A DNA stretch of 64,000 nt from Eledone cirrhosa (lineage: Eukaryota). Shown one piece after another: positions 30,800 to 44,261 of the stretch; position 1 is the first letter of the stretch; each line of letters opens with the position of its first letter. The notes under the pieces are model-generated. The model was not told the origin of the DNA and made no database searches. It saw nothing but the letters and a program-made list of their open reading frames with translations. Location: contig OZ024743.1 in NCBI GenBank assembly GCA_964016885.1, positions 108,934,001 through 108,998,000 on the forward strand, in the 5' to 3' direction. The position numbers and the translations under genes were made by a program.

Positions 30800-31620
30800 A
30801 CCGGAACGACGAAATCATGAAAGTAATCTGTGAGAGCAGCACCAGCAGCCACAGCAGCAAAAGTAACAGCAACGACAACTGCAGCAACAACAAGAGTAGC
30901 AACAACAGCATCAACAACAAAAACAAAATTAAAAAGAAACAATAAAGACAAAAATAACAGGAACAACGACGTAAACAAAACTATAAAAATAACGTTAACA
31001 TAAACAACTACAACACCAACAACCAGCAATACTTTCAAATCATGGCTGCAAAAGCAGAACTTTTCATCATAGACATAAGATAAAATGAATATTTGGTACA
31101 AGCGACCCGATTATTCAAGCTGTAAAATACAAGGTGTAAGCAGCAGGGGACAATGATTTTGATGTACAGAACAATTTGTATATAATCGAAACGGCTAGAA
31201 ATGTCTTCGCAATATTAGTGCGAAAGAACTTTGAAGACTTGCCCGATGTAGAGCGTGTAGCTAGCGCAAAATACGCGGGTATTTCAGGGCTCTTCAAGCA
31301 TTTTGCGCTGGCCTTTCGGACAGGTCAATTCATATTATAGCCTTCGTACAAAGGAAGAAGAACGAAAAAGGTCAGGGCCACCGTAATCCCGACAGGGTTG
31401 GAAATCTGATGGATACTATTCTGTGTGGTACGAGGGACTCGTGACACCCTCATGGAAGTCAGGCGCACGCAGAGTGAACACAGGTCGAGAATATGTGTAG
31501 AGATGCACATTTTGTGTTTTCCGTTGGTTTTGGGGGTCCCTTTCATCTTCACTTCAAGATGACTAGTACCGATGCCTGCATCTAATAAATGTTTTCTATA
31601 GGTATAAGTATTTTGTTTGG
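30800..31620 (+). mobile_element. Tx1/L1-like LINE ORF1 remnant
   Basis: An (AAC/AGC)-rich tract is followed by L*PSYKGRRTKKVRATVIPTGLEI*WIL, matching FSPTYMGKRTQKIKISNITPNVNVWWIL at 46330-46410. Confidence 0.6.
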
Positions 31621-32527
31621 AAGATGTCAATGGCTCCTATTTATTTTTATTGCCTGTCAATATATATGAAACAAATCTAAAACGCAAGATTGCTGGAATT
31701 GTAACGCCGAACATATTACCAAAACATTACTTCTTAACATAAGTGCAATTTCATATGAAGGAGTAATTATATGAAACCAATTGAATCTGCCCAGGTATAC
31801 TACTCGTTCTCGTCACACATGACAAATAAGTATAATGTTCTACTCAATTCAAATACGATGGTTGTATAAAGACAACACACTTGCTAAAAGTAACAGCAAA
31901 ATCCCGACAATTCAGACTTTTGTCATATAATAAAGAGTGATATACATGACAAAATATTCATAGGCGTGGTGGTTAACGATTATACGCATGCAGAAACGGA
32001 ACTGGCAACTAATATTCCACAGTGTTCGCTTTTTGTCTGTCATTCGTCGCAGAAGACATAATTAAAAGAAAGTTACTTGGCTAGACATTCAATAGTAGCT
32101 TTTTTCTGTATTTTAAAACAAATAAGGAAGCTAATAATAAAGAAAACACTTAAGTAATCTTAGTTTTTTTATGTTTCTCTTATCTAAGTCATTTATCTTG
32201 AGTTGAGAAGTTTTAGCTAAATAGAAAACAAATATATGTGATATCTCATTCAGTCCAGACAAACAGCTAAAACTATGTTCACAGAGTATAACAAATCATC
32301 AAAAAGCTCATTATCACAAACCCAATCTTCGGGAAGGTACAACAACAGTGATGAATGAAAATGAACTATAACTATTAAACATCGATCGAATGCACCTTGC
32401 TCATTTCCTATATGGCATCCATCAAAATCTACAGGTAGGTTCAAAGAAACAAGATAGTGATAATTCTAGGAAAAATCAACAACACTGACTATTTGTTTAG
32501 ATATAAATATGTCCTGAAGCAAGATGT

Positions 32528-32580
32528 CTCCTTCTGAAGATATGTATGTAAACACGAAACACTTCGTCCATTGTAAGGAC
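32528..32580 (+). ncRNA. Candidate minimal hammerhead ribozyme
   Basis: CTGAAGA 32534-32540; short stem II tgt/aca; GAAA 32556-32559; stem III aca/tgt; GTA 32573-32575; stem I tcct(t)/agga imperfect; AATAAA...TACTC downstream. Confidence 0.45.
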
Positions 32581-33032
32581 TAAATCAATATAAATAAATA
32601 TATACTCTGCCAACCGCGCAAACAGGTGATCCAACAACGCAAAGACATTAAATTGGAGATAATAGAGTCAGTAAAGAAATTAAGATATTTCTTAAACTGT
32701 ACAGCTATAAAAATAATAAACACAACAACAGTAATAATGACAATGACGTCTATCATAATAACAGTACAAATAAGAACAGCAACCACAAGAGAGAAAGTTT
32801 GATAGAGGGAGAAAAGAAAACAATAATAAGTAAAGAGGCGAGAAACAATTGCAGCCGGCCCAGATGCAAGTATATGCTGGCAGCATTAGGAATGAGAAAT
32901 GTTGACAGGTTCGACATAAAAGCCAGGATATAAATCTAAAGTGAATTCCACACACAATTAAGCCGTTATGGATGAAAGACTTACAAAGTCGACATCAGCA
33001 CTGCTGTCATCACAATAAACACATAAATAAAG

Positions 33033-33039
<7 letters not shown>

Positions 33040-33076
<37 letters not shown>

Positions 33077-33098
33077 CAGATAGTAACTAATTGTAGAG

Positions 33099-33133
<35 letters not shown>

Positions 33134-33155
33134 CATAGAGAGAGAGAGAGAGAGA

Positions 33156-33224
<69 letters not shown>

Positions 33225-33608
33225 GGAATGGAGAGGGGACAAAGTAGTGGAGATTGAAGGTGAGAAAGACATAGAGATAACGAGGGAGAGTGAATTCGTA
33301 GTAGCGGAACAATAAAGGGTATATAGGTGTAGTCTTGGTCGACGTTATAGCTATCATCTTTATTTTTCACCACCATTTCTTTTATCATCATCGCCTATCA
33401 TCATGTATTAACCTGCTCCGCCTTTTCTTCTCTATTCATACTACACATTTCAACATTAAATAGGTATTAGTATACTCTTCCCTCACCCCCTCTCTCTCTA
33501 TATATATATATATATATATCTGTATGTTTATAAGTATATATATACACACACACACACACATACACGCACACATACACATACACACATACACACACACACA
33601 CACACACA

Positions 33609-33686
<78 letters not shown>

Positions 33687-33690
33687 CATA
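33040..33690. repeat. (TA)n, (GA)n and (CA)n microsatellites
   Basis: (GA)n ~33113-33221; (CA)n ~33545-33666. Confidence 0.95.
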
Positions 33691-33995
33691 GCAAGGATAA
33701 GATGCTTAATCGTGCATTTTAGGTTGTAACTTCATGAGGGATAAGCCGGTTCAAACGATCCGAAAGCAGTTTTCGTCAGAATTTTATTCCAGTTAAAAGT
33801 TGGTAATTAGGAGTGACGGAGTATTCAGTTATTAATTCAATGATGTTAAGACGGGGTTACTTCACTATAATTGCTTTAGTGCATGATACATATTTCTGTT
33901 ACAGAAATATATATCATGTAATATAAAGTAAGTAACCCGGCTTAAGTACTTATAAATAATATATATATATATATATATATATAAAATAGAACTTT

Positions 33996-34060
<65 letters not shown>

Positions 34061-35689
34061 TTATATATATATATATATATATGTAAAAGTTCTATTTAAA
34101 TTGTTGGGATACATCAAGCAAATATTTTTATAACTGATATAAAGCACTCAACAAATATTTGGAGTAAAAATACGATATTAACAAATGGAAACTATATCTA
34201 TAAAACCATATTTATTTCATTATACATATTTCAAGGACACCAAGTTAAATTATGGTGTCCTTTCATCATATAAAATATAATATAGATCAGTTTTATAAAT
34301 AAATATTGACATACCCTTAAAAGAATGCAACCATTTCTGTTGGAAGCTCCCCGATAGTGGAGTTGTAGCTTTAATTATATTATTAGGTAAGTTAGTATTG
34401 GATTTTTTAAAATAAGCCGTTGGGTTACGGAGAAAGAGAAAGACAGAGAAGGAAAGAGAGAGAAAGATCAGAACAACAGAGAGAGAAAATATATAGAGAG
34501 AGAGGAGACAGAGAAAGGAGAGAGAACGAAAAACTCTAAGTCCTATCTTGTTGAGTTATCTTAACAATTGAGATGAAATGAATAAATCAAATTAGAAATG
34601 TTAATAATCATGAATGGAATATACATATATAATATGAGAAATTTAAGCATTGTTTAAATATGGTTAGATGTTTAGTTAATCAGTTAAATATTGAGATCAA
34701 TATATTAAAAATGGGGATGTATATATTAAGAAATCTATATATTATTATATACACATATACACACGTAAAAATATATACATATAAATATATATACACACTT
34801 ATAAAAATATATATATACATATCTAACTAAGCATATAATATATACATACAAAATATAAAGGATTCTTTAATTTAAGATATAGGAGTCTTATAAAATCAGA
34901 GAAGGAAAATTATGTTATATAGTTATATCAATGTTACAATTATTAAGATATTAAAGGAAATGTTATGTTATACACACTTTATGTTATTAAACAACATTTT
35001 CTTTTATATAAGTTTTATAAGATTACCTGTTATGTATTTATGTCACGAATCTTGGGATAATCACTATACATAAGTGCAATAGGATTGTATGGATATACAC
35101 ACACATGTACATACACGATTCCCACATATATACACATATATGTCCCCGCACAAATAGGTAGATACGCATCACGTATATATATACATACATATAGACATAC
35201 ACGCATAACACATATGTACATGTATGTCAATACACACATATACATATATATACACACATATAGAGAGAGATGTATATATACATACAGTATATAGTATAAT
35301 TGAAGTACATAAAATACAAAAGAATTATATTACAATTTGGAAATATAATTATAAGCAATATAACTTTAAATACAATATAACTTTAAAATATTATAGAATA
35401 TTTAAAGTTATAATTTCAAAATAATAGTATGCTTAATAGATTTAGTATAGACATTTTCTACGTATATTTAACTTAATTTTATACCCATAAGAGAAATAAA
35501 CAGAAACTTTCAAAGGATAAATTTTCGAAAATAGGAGAAACAATAAAAAATATAAGAAATATTTTCTACTTTTAAGAGCTTTCAGTATATTTCTCTAGAA
35601 TAGTTTATTATATTTATTTATATTTAGGAAGAAAAGTTATTTTTACTTGAGTGTATAATCAGTCAAAAAGATGAAGGAATCTAATGATT

Positions 35690-37450
35690 TATCGACAGTT
35701 TCAGTATATTAATAGAATTAATTAATTAAATATATATTACATTTTAAATTTATATTTAAACTTTGTGTTTAATCTATGTCTACAGCAACTGAATAAATTA
35801 TTCCTTAAGTTCAGGGAATTTTTGGTCTTTAATATAAAGAATATTTCCTCTATACAAAGATCACAATTTTGTAGCTTTTGAAATAATATTCCAAATCAAC
35901 GAATATTCAACGTTATTTAGTTTGAGGTCCCATAATAGGCTAGATAGAGTAGTTGAAGATTCTTTGTTTGGATCTGTAAGATAATTTTTATGATTATTGA
36001 AGCGGGATTTAAACTCTGTGGAAGTGGATCCCACATAATTACATGAATTTAAGTTAGTTTTTACATTACAATTATATACTATATTTTTAGCTAAGCAATT
36101 GTTATTTAACCGACAGTTAGATTTATTTCTACAGTTACATTTATCAAATTGGATATTGCTTGGGTTAGGTTTTTAATTTATATTATTAATTCTATTAATA
36201 TTTTTCGCAAAATTTTTGGTAGAAGAATAAGTTAATTTTATAGTATCTCTATTAAAAATTGAGTAATATCTATGTGTTCTAGGGAAGCATTTGTCAAGAG
36301 TTTAAAAAAATAGTTTAGCAATAGGGGTTTTAATATTTAATGAGAAAGGAGGAGCGAACCATAATATGTTCCTAGTTCTATTTCTTTTTCCGCTTTCGGA
36401 AATAATGTAAGGTTTTCTATTATAGTTGTTAAAATTGTTACAATAGTTAAAATTGTTACGATTATGGTTAGTTGTTATATTATTATTTTATCAATGTATT
36501 TAATTTTATTTCTATACCCAGCTCTACATAACGCTTTGTTGTAATAATGTGTTTTTTCATCAAATATATTCTTATTAGCTAAAATTCTCGAGATTCGTTC
36601 CTGTACAGAGTTCACTATAGTATATTTAACGGATCTGGGGTGATTAGAGTTAACATTGACGTATTTTAAGTTCTCATTTAGTTTGTGAAATGGATAATGA
36701 AGACATGTGTTAAGATTTAGTGTTACATCTAGAAAGTTAACTATTTTATGGTTATTCTCTATTTCTACTTTTAGATTAAGGTAATTAAAAAATTGTATAA
36801 TTTGTTTTCTTTTTCTTTTTAGGTCACCGTTATTATTTTCTATAAGAAAAAGCATGTCGTCACGATATAAACCTCCGGTTATCTCAGGTATTTTCCTATG
36901 TAGAGAATTATTTATAAAGAGGCCCACAAGATCCGTTACCTGAGCGGATCCGGATGATCCCATAGTTATATCAAAGTTATTATTTCTATCTGCCCTAGTC
37001 AAGAGTTGGTTATTAAATTCTATAATTTTTTTCCGTGCCGATAATATAATGTGCATTTCATTGCTAGTTAGGTCTGTATGTTTAAACGCGTAAGTTAGTG
37101 ATTTATTCAGTAGATTAGGAGTGATAGATGAGTAATAGTTAACAATATCCAACTGAATAAACTTATTATTATAGTTATATTTAATTTCTTTAAACCAATC
37201 GATAACTTCACTAGTTCCTTTCCACAATTTTAAATAAGATAAATTCTTAATTTGTGGTATTATTATGTCTAGAATAGTCTATATATAGGACACAACCCTT
37301 CATGCCAAGGAAACCTAAGATTAATATGAAGGATCACAAAAGGAACTTCGAAACTGATTTACCAGTCAGATTAATTGCACCACCTAAATCGGACCTTGGC
37401 AGACTTAGCAAAAATATTCTAGACAGAATAATACCACAAATTAAGAATTT
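35690..37450 (-). mobile_element. PLE (Hydra-clade-like) with RT plus GIY-YIG and an inverted 5' segment
   Basis: Minus ORF 36475-37227 has FIQLDIVNYYSSI...FDITMGSSGSAQVTDLVGL...GGLYRDD...VNFLDVTLNL. It continues with stops through WFAPPFS...CNCRNKSNC...IVY...YVGST...CDLCIEE...CCRHR to ~35738. Plus-strand 37280-37450 encodes the upstream RT part MKDHKRNF..PVRLIAPPKSDLGRLSKNILD. Confidence 0.92.
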
Positions 37451-38004
37451 CTTCACGCACAGGCATTGCACGATAGAATTAATTAATAATTATTAACAAT
37501 GGTATAACGTGCAATGGCCATAGTCGATAACGAGGGGACAGCCATCATCATGTATGTATGTATGTATGTATGTATGTATGTATGTATGTAGATATGAATC
37601 TGTCTATCTAAGAAATAGTTAGAAATTAGAAATACAAACATTTAGAAATCAGGAACCCATTTTGAAACAAAACCATATACAGGTTGACGGTGTCGACAAG
37701 CAGCACTACTTTGCAAAGTAATTGTTTTTGAGTGTTGTTGACATGCGCAAACGGATATCTCTATAATAGCCTATCGGTTTTGTGTATCCTATTTCATTGT
37801 TTAGTAGTTGATTCATTGTTGCGAATGTATATTTTTCCTCGGCAAGTAAATTTCTGATGATCGTTCGTTTTCCTTATATGGTAAACTAATAAATGACCAA
37901 GCTTATAACTAGCGCCAAATTTGTATGCCTAATTACAAACACTCGCCCCTCACACATATGTAAATACTAAACAGATTAGCCAGGTTTTAGTTATATAAAT
38001 ACGT

Positions 38005-38418
38005 AAATTTGGAATAAGGATGTGCTTTCACCGTATTTTTGACTAAAGGGTTCTAAACCCCATTATCAGGCTAAAATTCCTTCAGTAAAAAATACGGTGG
38101 AATCTATTCTATTTTCTAATTTCAAAGCTGCTCACTGTTTCAAAACATACTTACTTGCCATTTAAACTCGCTAAGAATGTAGCTTCTAATTTGAAGGGAA
38201 AGAGATGGGCGATGTGTTGGTGTAATGGTAGCACAGTGGTCGCGATAATCAAAGATGTGGGTTCGACTCCCATGTACGTCAATACTCATCTTTTTCCATT
38301 TATCTGATGGTTCTAAACCCCATTATCAGGCCAACATTCCTTTAGTAAAACATACGGTGGAAGCTATTCTATTTTCTAAGTTCAAACCTGCTCACTGTTT
38401 CAAAACATACGTACTTGA
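38005..38418 (+). mobile_element. 260-bp-period non-coding unit with tRNA-like module and inverted head
   Basis: Direct repeat 38051-38157 vs 38311-38417. Inverted head gctttcaccgtatttttgactaaagg at 38024-38049. Ends at (TA)n. Confidence 0.7.
38208..38281 (+). pseudogene. tRNA-like sequence (Pol III A/B boxes)
   Basis: A box tggtgtaatgg; D stem gtgt/gcac; T arm gtggg-ttcgact-cccat; T5 run ~10 nt downstream. Acceptor and anticodon stems pair poorly. Confidence 0.65.
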
Positions 38419-38523
38419 TATATATATATATATTTAGATTAGTTATTGATAGTGAGTAGACTGGTTTGATCAATAACGCTCTTATTTATACACACAGACG
38501 CACACACACACACATACACACAC

Positions 38524-38574
<51 letters not shown>

Positions 38575-38719
38575 TGAGATCATATCTGTGTTTTATATTA
38601 TTTATGTGTTCTTTGACGGTTGTTTGAAATAAGAATGTTGCCAAATGCATTATAACATTTAACGATCATTCATAGTATCATCTGAATGAAGTAACATTGG
38701 TGGACGTTGCTATGGTTAT

Positions 38720-39300
38720 TGTGTAGACATTTCTGCCGCAATTTAAATGTTTGCGTTTATTTTTATTCATCTTCAGCCAGGTGTTTCATCTGTTTTGGAA
38801 ACAACTGTATTGCACGGACATATATTTTAGCATTGTCCATTCCAATGTTTATCACTTACATAATAAATCATCGCTGTTTCTTGGGAAATCTGTAGCGTAA
38901 AAATGAATCTTCCGCTGATACTAACATAAACACAAAGATAACATACACTAGCCAAAAGGAAAAAATATATATACCCATGACTGATGCCGTAAAAATATAG
39001 CAATGATAAATTCCAATTCCATTTAGACCAATCACATTTGCACAGCTTATTTTAATATTCAACAAAATCAAGGTCTGAGCAGATAACCAATGCCCGAGAA
39101 ATTTTATGTAAGAAAGAGCCGACTAGTATTGGCAGACTGAAAAAAATACAATGTACACCAGGACCGCAACGACTGGTTGCACCAGTTGTGAAAACTTTAT
39201 TTCTATTCATCTAGAATAAAAGAGTATTAATGTCTAGGATCATTGATAGTGCATATGGAATCATAACTGTTCCAAACAAACTGGAAGCAAATCATGCGCA
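38720..39300 (-). pseudogene. Decayed SLC10 (sodium/bile-acid symporter family)-like pseudogene fragment
   Basis: Hydrophobic frames SSLFGTVMIPYALSM..., PILVGSFL..KF, LNGIGIYHCYIF... and RFPKKQR*...NIGMDNAKIYVRAIQLFP resemble the SLC10 TM segments and ETGxQN motif. Several stops and frameshifts, no introns seen. Confidence 0.45.
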
Positions 39301-39559
39301 AAAATTAAAACGATATTCGTGAAAAAAATAATTACAAATCTGATACTGTTGAGTCCTATACTGTTGAGCCCCATAGACGCACGCGCAAATACATACACAC
39401 ACACACACATAAACCCTCACACACATATCTATATTCATTATTTGGCATTTTTATGAGTCTACACAGTAAACATATCTGTTACCACTATATCTATATAAAT
39501 AAATATAAATTGTTATGTACATATATATATATATACACACTCACACACATACCCCCTCC

Positions 39560-39620
<61 letters not shown>

Positions 39621-40319
39621 CGTTTGTGTTTGTATGCGTGAATTTGAGTACATCTGTATATGTGTGTAAGTGTGTGAAAGTGTGTGAAAGTATATGCACA
39701 GTCAACTGAAAATATTTTATTAAACAAGCCTGGCACTAAGCATGTGATATATTGTATACATTACAATAGTTTGTTATCCGCTATAAAATCAGACATTCCG
39801 TACAATGTTCTAAAGTATGAACAGCAATATATATTTCAGCTTCAATACATTCGTGCATTTCGTCAATTATCTTGGTCTCCGAATTTCCGTTGACTATAGC
39901 TTTCGCATAATCAACACTATGCAAAAGTCTTCGAGCTCTTCATTGCGGAATTTTTGCAGCAAATAAAACTGATAACACGCTTATTATAAAATGATGCCAC
40001 TTCAGAGTCTTGTCTAAAGCTAACGTGATACGTGGTTGGTCGATCTGCTAGAAATATCATTCAAATCTCCCTCAAATCATAAGGTGTGTTATATTAGGCA
40101 ACATAGAACCGTGTGTATATAAGTACAGCATAGTCATGGCTGGAATGCTCTTGAAAATATGTCGGTTTCCTCTCTTCCGGTGGCATGTGCGAAGAGAACC
40201 CGAAATTCAAAATCAGTTCAAGGTTATATATTTTCTTACGGATTAAAAATAAAATTAATAACGCCTGTTTTGTTTTCACCATTTGAATAAACGTCTCATG
40301 ATTTAAACAATGATTTCTT

Positions 40320-40520
40320 TGGAGTTACGTGGTCTGTCAGAACCGTTAGAGCGTATGACAAAATACTTGTGCAATGTGTTGCGGTTCTTTTTGCTCTGTG
40401 ATTAGATTCACCTTTCTTTTTCGGGGTCTATAAAATAAAATTCCAGTTAACCACTGTGGTAAATGTCACCGACTTTCCCCTCCCCCTAGTCCACTGCCCA
40501 TCTACCTAAATTGGAAACTG
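40320..40520 (+). mobile_element. Highly decayed tRNA-derived SINE
   Basis: gtcagaaccgttagagcg...cctttcttttcggggtctataaaataaa..ccagtt...cgactttcccctcccc. Confidence 0.55.
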
Positions 40521-42846
40521 ATTCGAATATTTCAAATCTTTTTCGAGAGAGGTATTGCTGCTAAACATGTTTAGTGAAACATAAGAGAGAGCATAGACTG
40601 CGTTGTGATAACCAGATATGATGTGGCATGTTATATATCAGGTGACTGTTTAATTCGTATTTCCATCGAAATAGTACAAATCTTAGATGCATGCTGGTTC
40701 ATGCAGCTTATGATGGGAAGTGAGTCATTGCAGATGACGTAAGCGGTATACTTCATCATTAGAGCTGCAAGGTAGCCACGAATGGAATATTTGAATGTTT
40801 TTAGGGCTGTAGGCTTTAATTTGAAATATACGCATTAGCTATTTCTGTTGGATCAAATGTGAAACGCATTTGGTAGGTCAATTTTCAGTTTAGAAGAGGT
40901 GGAGTACTAACGAGTTATCTAATTGGAAAGGGGGAAGTTCTGGATAATATGGAGGGGTTTCTCAATAGGAACTGGTGTATGTGTTAACTAGAGGACTTGC
41001 AGATCATCCATGTGATTGGGATACATAAATTGGAGAGCTTAAAGGTGTTCAATATAGAAGTTTAAAGGTATTCCAGATAGAATGCCCTTGTAAGAATGAT
41101 AAGTACACCACTGATGCAAAGCCTTAGATTCCTTTCATTCCTGTAAGCAAATGTAGAAAGGTTTAATAAGTTTTCACGTTTTTGTCGATTTAATTAACGA
41201 AACATATTGATTTCTTTATTTATCTATAATATAAACATCTATTCCTGTAATACACATACACACCGACACATATATCTAATAAAAATATAATTGATACTCG
41301 TACAAATAATTATTAATAATTATTGCTCCTTACTTAACTATAGATAAATTCTGAATGATTAATTGGGGTATGGGGGATTATTCGAGAACCAGGAGTATTC
41401 TACAAATCGAGCGAAATAGCTTTCAAATACAAATTTAAATTGAAAATCAAAGTGAAACTCACACAAGTCATGAACATGAAATATGTGTTCTTAACACACT
41501 AGAACAAAATATTCATATTGAATACTACACACCTATGATTTCTAATTCAACACCAGGCAGAGATTTCCGGAAAGTAAGGACATTTTTCGAAGCAACTCTT
41601 ACTTAACACGTGTAACTAAAATACATACCCCGATTAAACATACTCAATCACGTATGTAGAAATATGCATGTCCATACGCTACGTTATCGCTTCTTAATAT
41701 TTATACTTTTATTCGTTCCTTTGATCATTCTCTATCTTCTTCGTTTTTATTTTCCTCCCCTTTATATGCCTCATCTTGTTTGCTGACCTGTTTATTTTTC
41801 ACAACTATTTCCTATTAATATGTTAGCTTCTTTTTCATACTTTTTTCTTTACTGTGTTTCTCATAGTATCATTTGAATTTCATTGAAAGGAAAACAAATA
41901 TTCATTTTGCTATCTAGAAATTATGCACACTATCGGAAACGGAAATATTTTATCTTTTAAAAATATCTTCCTGTATAGTAGGAGAGGATTGAAGCAGGCG
42001 TTTGACGATTTTATTTAAGACACAAAATTATTAGTAACCACTATGAAAAATGTATAGTATGTATCACTTTATATTTGTACATATACAAAGATACATAGCC
42101 ACTTTCTCTCTCACTTTATCATACATGTATATATATATGTATATATATCTATATATCTCTCTCTATATATATACATATATATATACATATATATGTATAC
42201 ATATATATTCATATATATACATATATAGATATATATACACATATATATATATATATATATATTTATAAATATAAATATAAATGCATACACACACACGCAT
42301 ACACACACACACACAAACACACAGACGCTCACATCTCTATGAATTTTGTTTAAATAATTCCTATCACTGAGAAAAAAGCTTTATATATAAAAATTATAAA
42401 GAAGGACTGATGAATATTAAAGATCTATAAAAATAAGGAATATATGTAAACAATGAGAAAAGTATACATTTTATCAATATTAAGACTGACCGATCGAGAT
42501 CGAGTTTTTACGGTATCTTATCTTCCCGATATCTCATTTCGATTTAGACCCTATATATTCATGAGAATTTTTGATACTGAAAAGAGAACATGATATAAAA
42601 ACGGACGTATGGAATAATACAGATATGAATTCATACACATATGCATATATGAGAAGGAATAGGCAATGAATAATGACGCACACGAATATAATTATATATG
42701 TCTGTTAGAGAAAGAGAGAGGGTGAGAGTGTTGAGAAAAAATAGAAATATCGAGTAATATAAAATACGGATTGACTAGGAAAGAAAGAATCCTTCACATT
42801 CACACACCGTACGGTGCAATTTTATAGACACAAACCCCCCCCCCCC

Positions 42847-42878
<32 letters not shown>

Positions 42879-42899
42879 CATACATATATATCAAGATAC

Positions 42900-42938
<39 letters not shown>

Positions 42939-43012
42939 CATATATATATACACATATATATATATAAATATATATACACACACATACACATACACACTCA
43001 CAAACACATACG

Positions 43013-43064
<52 letters not shown>

Positions 43065-43709
43065 AATATACATAAGTAAATTGTGTGCACGTATAGAGAG
43101 ACATTAAGGCACTATAAACTGCCTTGGAATTGTTCAAAAAGCGTAGAATTATTTTAGCTGGTGTCTATTTAAATATTTTTCTTTATATTCTTTTCGCTGA
43201 TATATTTTTTTTCATTCTTCAAGAGAATCTAAACCTTTTTATTCATATTTCATATTAGCACATTGCATGTATTTATCTTTATATTTATTTCATAGATTTC
43301 TACAGATGAAATATAAATATATAAAATATCGCAAGTGCCAGATCTGGTCAGAGTAATTTAGGGAGATATAATATGTACCCATTTCTTTGCTGCCACATTC
43401 TTCAATACATTAATATACAAGGTAGAGCAGCAATCCATGAATATTTCTCAGTTATTTCCTTTTTACTCACTGCGTTAGTTGATAGTCAATTGTCGATATA
43501 ACTATCTGAAAACTCACATACTATATTTAAGTTTACTTTTATTTTTCTAATACCTTTTAAATTGCTACGTTGCTATATTAGAACGAATATCATTCTCACA
43601 TTAGTTTATAGGTGGGTTCCATGGAAGTGTACTTTATATATATATTATGTGTGTGTGTGTGTGTGTGTATTTCTCTCTCTCTCTATCTCTCTATCTATCT
43701 ATCTCTCTA

Positions 43710-43821
<112 letters not shown>

Positions 43822-43941
43822 ATGTATATATATACGTACACGAGGTTTTTGAGATAGACGATTTGCTTTAAGTATGCCACTAAGTTTTTCTCTTTCTTCT
43901 TTCTTCTCTCCCTATCCTATATATATTTTCACATATATATA

Positions 43942-44007
<66 letters not shown>

Positions 44008-44023
44008 AGAGATAGAGAGATAC

Positions 44024-44199
44024 ATTTTAGTAAGTAAGTTAATTTTTAAAATTTTTTAAAAAATTTTCTTATTTTACGTCTTTCATATTATTGTTCTGCA
44101 TCCTCCTGCATTGAACCACCTAGGTACTATGACATAACTTATGTATTTGCTAGCATTAGTGTACATCTGTACGCATATGTTAGTAGATATACTAAATTA

Positions 44200-44205
<6 letters not shown>
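44024..44205 (+). mobile_element. Fragment of the 522-bp HHR family (post-ribozyme part)
   Basis: ttttagtaagtaagttaa...tacgtctttcatattattgttctgca...cattgaaccac...gctagcatt matches 63082-63240. Bounded by microsatellites. Confidence 0.8.

Positions 44206-44259
<54 letters not shown>

Positions 44260-44261
<2 letters not shown>

Noticed and set aside
33728-33772. HHR-like tcatga-gggat...atcc-GAAAGC
   Set aside because: The core is mutated and there is no valid NUH/stem III; too degenerate to call.
35690-37450. Naiad-type or selenoprotein-coding PLE
   Set aside because: The endonuclease is C-terminal and the in-frame stops I read are TAA decay, not TGA at Cys positions.
38208-38281. Functional tRNA gene
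   Set aside because: Acceptor and anticodon stems do not pair properly and it lies inside a repeat unit. Kept only as a tRNA-like module.
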